This document shows positions 54,583 through 64,000 of a stretch of 64,000 nt of DNA, one piece after another. The notes beneath the pieces were generated by a model. The model saw only the letters and a program-made list of their open reading frames with translations. It was not told the DNA's origin and did no database searches. A program made the position numbers and the translations under genes. Origin of the DNA: Flectonema sp. DT1601 (taxonomy: Eukaryota); NCBI GenBank assembly GCA_964019425.1, contig OZ025782.1:186001-250000 (forward strand). The letters run 5' to 3'. Positions within the stretch are counted from its first letter, which is position 1; every line of letters begins with the position of its first letter.

Positions 54583-55278
54583 TTAAACAGAATTCAACGT
54601 ATCTAATGAATCAGGTTGCTGTTTAATTATCAATTCTTCGATCTGTTCTTTTTCATCTTCGCAATTGATGTCTTCGAGTTCGTGTGTTTCTCTGAACTTC
54701 AGAGTTGGTATTCTAATTCCGTATGATCGACAACCATTCCAACCCTGACATGTTAGTATAAGAGATAACGCAATTACTGATATTGTGTATTTAGTTGTTT
54801 TCTCAAAAGGATTTAACTGCTCTGGAAACCATATTCTTGTCGTAAAGTAGAACGGCATTAGACACAAACCAACAACAAGTAAACCTTTCCAAAATATTAG
54901 CGGAAATGATCGAACTGATTTCATACGTGCATTTGCGATGTTCAATTTTATGTCAGTTTTTGGAAGATCAGCTACTTCTCTATGATTAAAATATATCTGA
55001 AAACCCACTACTGGAATAACAGCAACAACAGACATACCAAACGCAAATGTCACTGAACAACCCAACCGTATGAGCAGTGCAGTAACCAGTCCCACAACAA
55101 TTTCAGCAGACACTCCGCTGATAAGAAGACTTCTTCGATGAGCTTCAAACACTTCCTTCTTTCTCTTTTCACACGTAATTATTCTTCCAGAACCGAATCT
55201 TCCATTTGGATAGTAGATTGTGCTTCCGTCTTCCTGATCAGCGAAGACAGTTTCTACCATTCTGTCCAAGAATTCCAT
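54583..55278 (-). CDS. 4-TM membrane protein, paralog A
   Basis: MEFLDRMVETVFADQEDGSTIYYPNGRFGSGRII...; paralogous to 58662..59357; start chosen by alignment of the two copies. Confidence 0.7.
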   Translation of the reverse strand: MEFLDRMVETVFADQEDGSTIYYPNGRFGSGRIITCEKRKKEVFEAHRRSLLISGVSAEIVVGLVTALLIRLGCSVTFAFGMSVVAVIPVVGFQIYFNHREVADLPKTDIKLNIANARMKSVRSFPLIFWKGLLVVGLCLMPFYFTTRIWFPEQLNPFEKTTKYTISVIALSLILTCQGWNGCRSYGIRIPTLKFRETHELEDINCEDEKEQIEELIIKQQPDSLDTLNSV

Positions 55279-55307
55279 TTTATTATTTTGTACTCTTCTA
55301 AAAGATA

Positions 55308-56735
55308 CTCCACAAGACCGTGACTGTAGTATCCGATCAGTCAAACTACCCTGCCACTGATTTTCACTTTAACAGCGAGCTATTAGTATATATTATTATG
55401 TCAGCTGTTTAAAAGAGAGGGAAGGGCTAAGCATGCGATGTCTTCAACTTCAGAGTTGGTTCTTCTATTTTGTATGATCGACAACCATTCCAACCTTGGT
55501 GTATTAATGTGATGGAGAATACGATTATTGATATTGCGAATGTTGTTGTTTTTTGAACTCCACGCAGTTGATCTGGAAACCAAATTCATTATTATATCTC
55601 CCATTCTGTCGAAAAGCAATAATTAAAGAAGAGGAGAGACTTAATTCAGACGAGGAAAGAAGCCTCGAACACGAGGAGAGGATATAATCATCTCATTGAT
55701 AATAACAAGCGTTTTGAATAAGATCTTTTCTTTGGATCCATCATCATTATGGTTAAATATTAACAATTAGTTACACCTGACCAATACCGAGTATAAGATT
55801 CATCCCCAGTTTGTCCGAAGCATTATTGTAATGAGGGAGTACCGAAAAAGCTTTATATAAAAGTACCTCAAAAATTGGGAAGCGCGCAGCCCTTTCACAG
55901 CAACAAATGAAAACAAAAGGTTCACATATATGATGAACAGTCAGTTTATCGCTGGATCAGTATGCATTTTGCTAAGAAAGTTAGTAGGAAATAAAAATAT
56001 TGTTGGGATTGTCAAACAAACGAATAAAAATAATTCGTTCAAGACATCAAACAAATAAAATAAATTAAACAAATAATTAAATAAGTTAGTATTAAAGTTC
56101 GTAAGACAAGTTAGTTTATTATTATAAAATATTTACTTTGAAGTCATGTAAGTATCGACCTCTTGCAGGCAAACTCAATGGCTAAAAGTAATTCTATTGA
56201 TACATAGCATCATTAATTTTAGAACAGAAAAAGTGAGAATAAGAAAATTAGAGATTAGTAAAAAGAAAAGTATTCATTTCTGCAGTTTCCTAATATCAAA
56301 AGGGTAATAGAATATGTAGTTTCAGGCCTTAATCTCATATTACTTGTCCCTTTTTAGGCCTTCATCAGTAAGTTCTAAGGGACTTCAGTTAGTTAGTATT
56401 AATGGTTATCAGTCATAAGAAGGGGAGAGGGAGGGAAAATTCAATCGAATGCAAAAGTTCGTAGGTATTAGGAAGTTCTAAGGGACTTCAGTTAGTTAAT
56501 TAGCTAGCAGTATTAGTAAGTTCTAAGGGACTTCAGTTAGTTTAGTTAGCAAAATACAAACTGATGACTACGAGGGGTCTGGGTAGCCCGCATCAGTAAG
56601 TACCCAATCGCGAAGATTGTACTTTCACAGCTTCGGCTGGAAGTGATCGACTTCCAGCCTCCACCTTGCCCAGAGGCTAACAGGTTGTAAACAACTAAAG
56701 AAAATAAAAGAGAAATGATCTGGGAGTGGGGGGGA
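55308..56735. repeat. Segmental duplication, copy 1 (copy 2 = 62876-64000)
   Basis: Near-identical over more than 1.1 kb apart from a 307-bp block present only in this copy. Confidence 0.9.
55437..55584 (-). pseudogene. Captured fragment of the paralog B coding sequence (also at 63005-63152)
   Basis: Nearly identical to 58746-58912 with a short internal deletion. Confidence 0.85.
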
Positions 56736-58661
56736 CTTGGATAAATAAATCAAGGTTAACACGCAACAAATTAGACATGAATCATTATAACTGGATTCTG
56801 TACACACACGCAAATCGCATGCTTTAAATAAACTACCAGAGAAAGAAATGCTGTCAAGTCAAATTGACCCGGGGACCACGCACGTGGGGGGGAGGTGAAA
56901 AAAATAAAAAGTCTTCTTTCTTTCATATACATCTTTCTTTATAATACGACCATATGTGCCATATGCCCACACTCCACGAAAGAAAATAGAAAACCCCGGA
57001 ACAGTACCGAGGATCGTTCACCCCCAGTTGTCCAAAGCATTATAATTGTACTGTGGGCTTACCGAAAAGCTTTAGAAGTGTACCACAAAAAACTGGGCAG
57101 CACATAGCCATATCACTCAGCAAGAAATGAAAACCAAAAGGATCAGGTAAGATGACAGTCAGTTTAAGGTCATAACTGCGACGGACCTAGACTTCATTCT
57201 ATATTGAAGTTGCTTATCGTTCTAAGATAAAAATCCATCGGAGCTCGCCAGGATAGGGCTAGCAATATTTATTTGCTTTTGTTCAATTTGAATTTTAATT
57301 TTTGACGTCTGGTCGTTTCACTATTACAGTCGAGCCTTGATCTTAAATAAGTTAGTATTAATAATTATCAGTCAATCAAAAAAAAAAAGGCAAAATTTCG
57401 TAGGACAACAAACAAGTTGGTTTCGGACTAAGATTAAAAACAATCTTTCTTCGGACCATTCCCCTTACCCAGCCCTCTTTAGTGAAGAAAGCAAGGGGGA
57501 CACTGCTCCTAAATCAGTTAGTTAGTATATATATACTTTGGAGTCACGTAAGTATCAACCTCTTGCAGGCAAACACAATGGCTAAAAGTAATTCTATACT
57601 AAAACTGTACCACTGGCCAGAAGATACGCAAGCTAACCACATGCACGAAGCAGGCAGTATAAGTGACGGATGATAAAGAGAGGAGGAAAAGTGGCAGAGA
57701 AATTTTGCTATTCGGTCCGATTCTTTACTCTTTTTTTCGCTGCGCAACGAGTATTCATTCAGTTATTTTTTTTTTTGCCTTTCTTTTTGCCGCTTCTGCC
57801 AAACCCATCCTTGGACTTTCATTTTTATCTTTCAACTACACCTCACTGTGTACTTAAACCGGTAAAATAAAGCATCCAACGAAAGCAAAAAAAAAAATCG
57901 GAAAATAAAATTATTGGACCCTCCGAATAGCAAAATCCAGCGCAAAATAAATAAGTAAAAAAGAATCCGTGTTATATACGAGATACTATTGTCAATTACA
58001 TCTATTTTTATATATATTTGTACCTACAAACCCATTGTTCGGTAGAAACAGAATTGCGGCAGCGTAAACTAACCTATTTCCTTTATTAGGATTTTGTACT
58101 GGTTGCGCACAAACAAAACAAAAGTGTGAGTGAGTAAGTAAAAAAGTGATGTTTGCCGATTCCTTCTTTTTCATATTTTTTCGAAGCAGAGTCTTGTGTG
58201 ATTCCCCAGCTTATTTCAAACAAGGAAAGAAGAACAAGAAATCTCTAGCACGAACTGAGACCAAAGGATCGTTGACATGTTTTCACACCGTGGATCGGTG
58301 GACTGATTAGATTTCTTTACCCCGCACTAGTGTACCAGCCGGTATATTTGCATTAAATAACAGAACCAGATTCAATCCATAAGAGAAGAGGAATAACTTG
58401 ATACTAATATTAAATGGAAAGCCAACTTGAAACCGACCAAAACGAGAATAGGGTTCGGCCAAACCTGGTTGAAATATAAGAAAATCAACAATTGGTATCA
58501 TGTAAAAAATCCCATATGTGCTGCCGAAGATGGGGATTCGGGGCCACGAACTACAAGTTGAGCGCCCCATGCCCTGTAGCCCGTCACAGCTTGAAATGGA
58601 GGGGGAGAGATTGATTAAGAGCAGCCAGTGTTTGAATAATATATATTTTAGTGAGTTTCTT

Positions 58662-59357
58662 TTAAACAGAATTCAACGTATCTAATGAATCAGGTTGCTG
58701 TTTAATTATCAATTCTTCGATCTGTTCTTTTTCATCTTCGCAATTGATGTCTTCAAGTTCGTGTGTTTCTCTGAACTTCAGAGTTGGTTCTTCTATTTTG
58801 TATGATCGACAACCATTCCAACCTTGGTGTATTAATGTGATGGAGAATACGATTATTGATATTGCGAATGTTGTTGTTTTTTGAACTCCACGCAGTTGAT
58901 CCGGAAACCAAACTCTAATTGCAAAGTACAACAGTATCACATACAAACCAACAACAAGTAAACCTTTCCAAAATATTAGTGGAAAAGATCGTACTGACCT
59001 CGCTCGTGCATTTGCGACATTCAATTTTATATTTGTTTTTGGAAGATCAGCTACCTCTCTTCGATTAAAATATATTTGAAAATAAAATATCGGAATACAA
59101 GCAATAAATGCCATCCCATGCGCAAATTCCACAGAGCAACCCAACAGCATCAGCAGTAAGGGACTAACTCCTGTAACTACTCCAATACACACTCCGCTGA
59201 TAACAAGATTTCTGCGATGAGCTATAAATACTTCCTTCTTTCTCTTTTCACACGTAATTATTCTTCCAGAACCGAATGTTCTATTTGGATAGTGGATTGT
59301 GCTTCCGTCTTCCTGATCAGCGAAGAAACTTTCTGTGAATCTGTCCAAGAATCTCAT
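58662..59357 (-). CDS. 4-TM membrane protein, paralog B
   Basis: MRFLDRFTESFFADQEDGSTIHYPNRTFGSGRII...; last ~40 aa identical to paralog A. Confidence 0.7.
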   Translation of the reverse strand: MRFLDRFTESFFADQEDGSTIHYPNRTFGSGRIITCEKRKKEVFIAHRRNLVISGVCIGVVTGVSPLLLMLLGCSVEFAHGMAFIACIPIFYFQIYFNRREVADLPKTNIKLNVANARARSVRSFPLIFWKGLLVVGLYVILLYFAIRVWFPDQLRGVQKTTTFAISIIVFSITLIHQGWNGCRSYKIEEPTLKFRETHELEDINCEDEKEQIEELIIKQQPDSLDTLNSV

Positions 59358-59592
59358 TTTATATTTTTTTTTCGTGTATACCACACTAATTTAAAAAAAG
59401 AAACCTTAACTCAAACAGTTTCTTTGCAAAGCAGTAGTGCCGGAAGCATCATCTCCAGGCTTCTTAGCAAAATCCAAAAAAAAAAAAAAAAAGATAAATA
59501 TGTGTATTAATTGAGGGGATGCTTAAGTTGACATAATTCAACTCGAAAACAGTTTAATTATCGTCGAGTGGGGATTCAGGCGCCGAGCGCGT

Positions 59593-60215
59593 AGGGCGCT
59601 TTTTTAATTAAATTTAATATAATGCCGAGCTCATTTTGACACACCCCTGCCCTCAGCGAGGGTCGAATCGCATCTTATTTGACTTTTCTCCGGTTCGCCC
59701 GATCAAATGCGTCTCTGGGATATCAGTTTACTTGCCACCAGTAAACTTCTTTTTTTTCTCACAAGGTACCGTGAAGACCGGCCTATTAACAGGTTAGCAA
59801 GAACGCACTCTCCCTCCTCGAATCCCTCTATATTCGACTCGGTGCATTCTGCGGGCTAATCAGCTCCTTGTAGATCTGGGATGCATCGTCCACTAAAATG
59901 AGTTTCAGCTTCAGGGATTGCAGCAGGCTCCGGAAGCTCTCAAGGAGTAGCCCATTGTTTTTGCCATTGTTGACCGTTGAACCATGACCTGGAGGTCTCG
60001 GGTTCGAACCCCGTGACACCCTTTTTTCTCTTTTTCGAAAGACTGCCAAGCATGTCAAAAATTCTTTTTGGCTTCTGCGTCAAAATACTTGTGCGTCAGT
60101 GTAAGCCGACGTGTCTTATAGTAATAAAAAAGGTAAAAAAAAGCGCCCTCCAAAATAATATTTATATTAAAAGCGCCCTACACGCCCTCCAAATTGTAGG
60201 GCACTTCCATCTATG
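59593..60215. mobile_element. Second, left-truncated copy of the CATAG-TIR element without piggyBac
   Basis: Colinear with 51476-52060 plus 53808-53852; a single TTAA at 60167-60170. Confidence 0.9.
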
Positions 60216-62826
<2,611 letters not shown>

Positions 62827-62875
62827 AAATAAATAAGGGAAAACCTACAAATCCACTCAAAGGTTCTGGTGGAAG

Positions 62876-64000
62876 CTCCACAAGACCGTGACTGTAGTAT
62901 CCGATCAGTCAAACTACCCTGCCACTGATTTTCACTTTAACAGCGAGCTATTAGTATATATTATTATGTCAGCTGTTTAAAAGAGAGGGAAGGGCTAAGC
63001 ATGCGATGTCTTCAACTTCAGAGTTGGTTCTTCTATTTTGTATGATCGACAACCATTCCAACCTTGGTGTATTAATGTGATGGAGAATACGATTATTGAT
63101 ATTGCGAATGTTGTTGTTTTTTGAACTCCACGCAGTTGATCTGGAAACCAAATTCATTATTATATCTCCCATTCTGTCGAAAAGCAATAACTAAAGAAGA
63201 GGAGAGACTTAATTCAGACGAGGAAAGAAGCCTCGAACACGAGGAGAGGATATAATCATCTCATTGATAATAACAAGCGTTTTGAATAAGATCTTTTCTT
63301 TGGCTCCATCATCATTATGGTTAAATATTAACAATTAGTTACACCTGACCAATACCGAGTATAAGATTCATCCCCAGTTTGTCCGAAGCATTACATTGTA
63401 ATGAGGGAGTACCGAAAAAGCTTTATATAAAAGTACCTCAAAAAAATTGGGAAGCGCGCAGCCCTTTCACAGCAACAAATGAAAACAAAAGGTTCACATA
63501 TATGATGAACGGTCAGTTTATCGCTGGATCAGTATGCATTTTGCTAAGAAAGTTAGTAGGAAATAAAAATATTGTTGGGATTGTCAAACAAACGAATAAA
63601 AATAATTCGTTCAAGACATCAAACAAATAAAATAAATTAAACAAATAATTAAATAAGTTAGTATTAATGTTTATCAGTCAAAAGAAGGGGAGAGGGAGGG
63701 AAAATTCAATCGAATGCAAAAGTTCGTAGGTATTAGGAAGTTCTAAGGGACTTCAGTTAGTTAATTAGCTAGCAGTATTAGTAAGTTCTAAGGGACTTCA
63801 GTTAGTTTAGTTAGCAAAATACAAACTGATGACTACGAGGGGTCTGGGTAGCCCGCATCAGTAAGTACCCAATCGCGAAGATTGTACTTTCACAGCTTCG
63901 GCTGGAAGTGATCGACTTCCAGCCTCCACCTTGCCCAGAGGCTAACAGGTTGTAAACAACTAAAGAAAATAAAAGAGAAATGATCTGGGAGTGGGGGGGA
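62876..64000. repeat. Segmental duplication, copy 2 (runs off the window)
   Basis: Matches 55308-56095 and 56403-56735. Confidence 0.9.

Overview
AT-rich eukaryotic protist DNA. All 20 protein genes I can support lie on the minus strand (1 to ~59.4 kb), are intron-poor, and are separated by poly-A/poly-T spacers. This is a directional gene cluster as in Euglenozoa; four short GT-AG cis-introns suggest a diplonemid-like rather than trypanosomatid genome (inference). Positions 1-7391 hold the 5' part of a >2460-aa hybrid NRPS-PKS that the ORF track misses because it runs off the window. Its domain order is A-T-KS-AT-KR-DH-ER..., and its A domain is atypical and resembles ATRR/BurA-type domains. 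Next comes a housekeeping block: SFT2-like, iGluR-like, BAP31, Na+/H+ exchanger, F-box, kaptin, transmembrane MAP3K, PPR, GGTase beta, RPT6, MNS1, a retropepsin-like protease, a 28S rRNA fragment, and a tandem pair of LCI1/Sho1-like 4-TM genes. From ~48 kb to the end is a transposon-rich zone with a pogo-like element, a piggyBac nested in a CATAG-TIR element (empty site present), MITEs, a long-TIR element, a segmental duplication and two paralogous bacterial-looking membrane-protein genes. Family assignments come from recognising motifs by eye; no searches were run.
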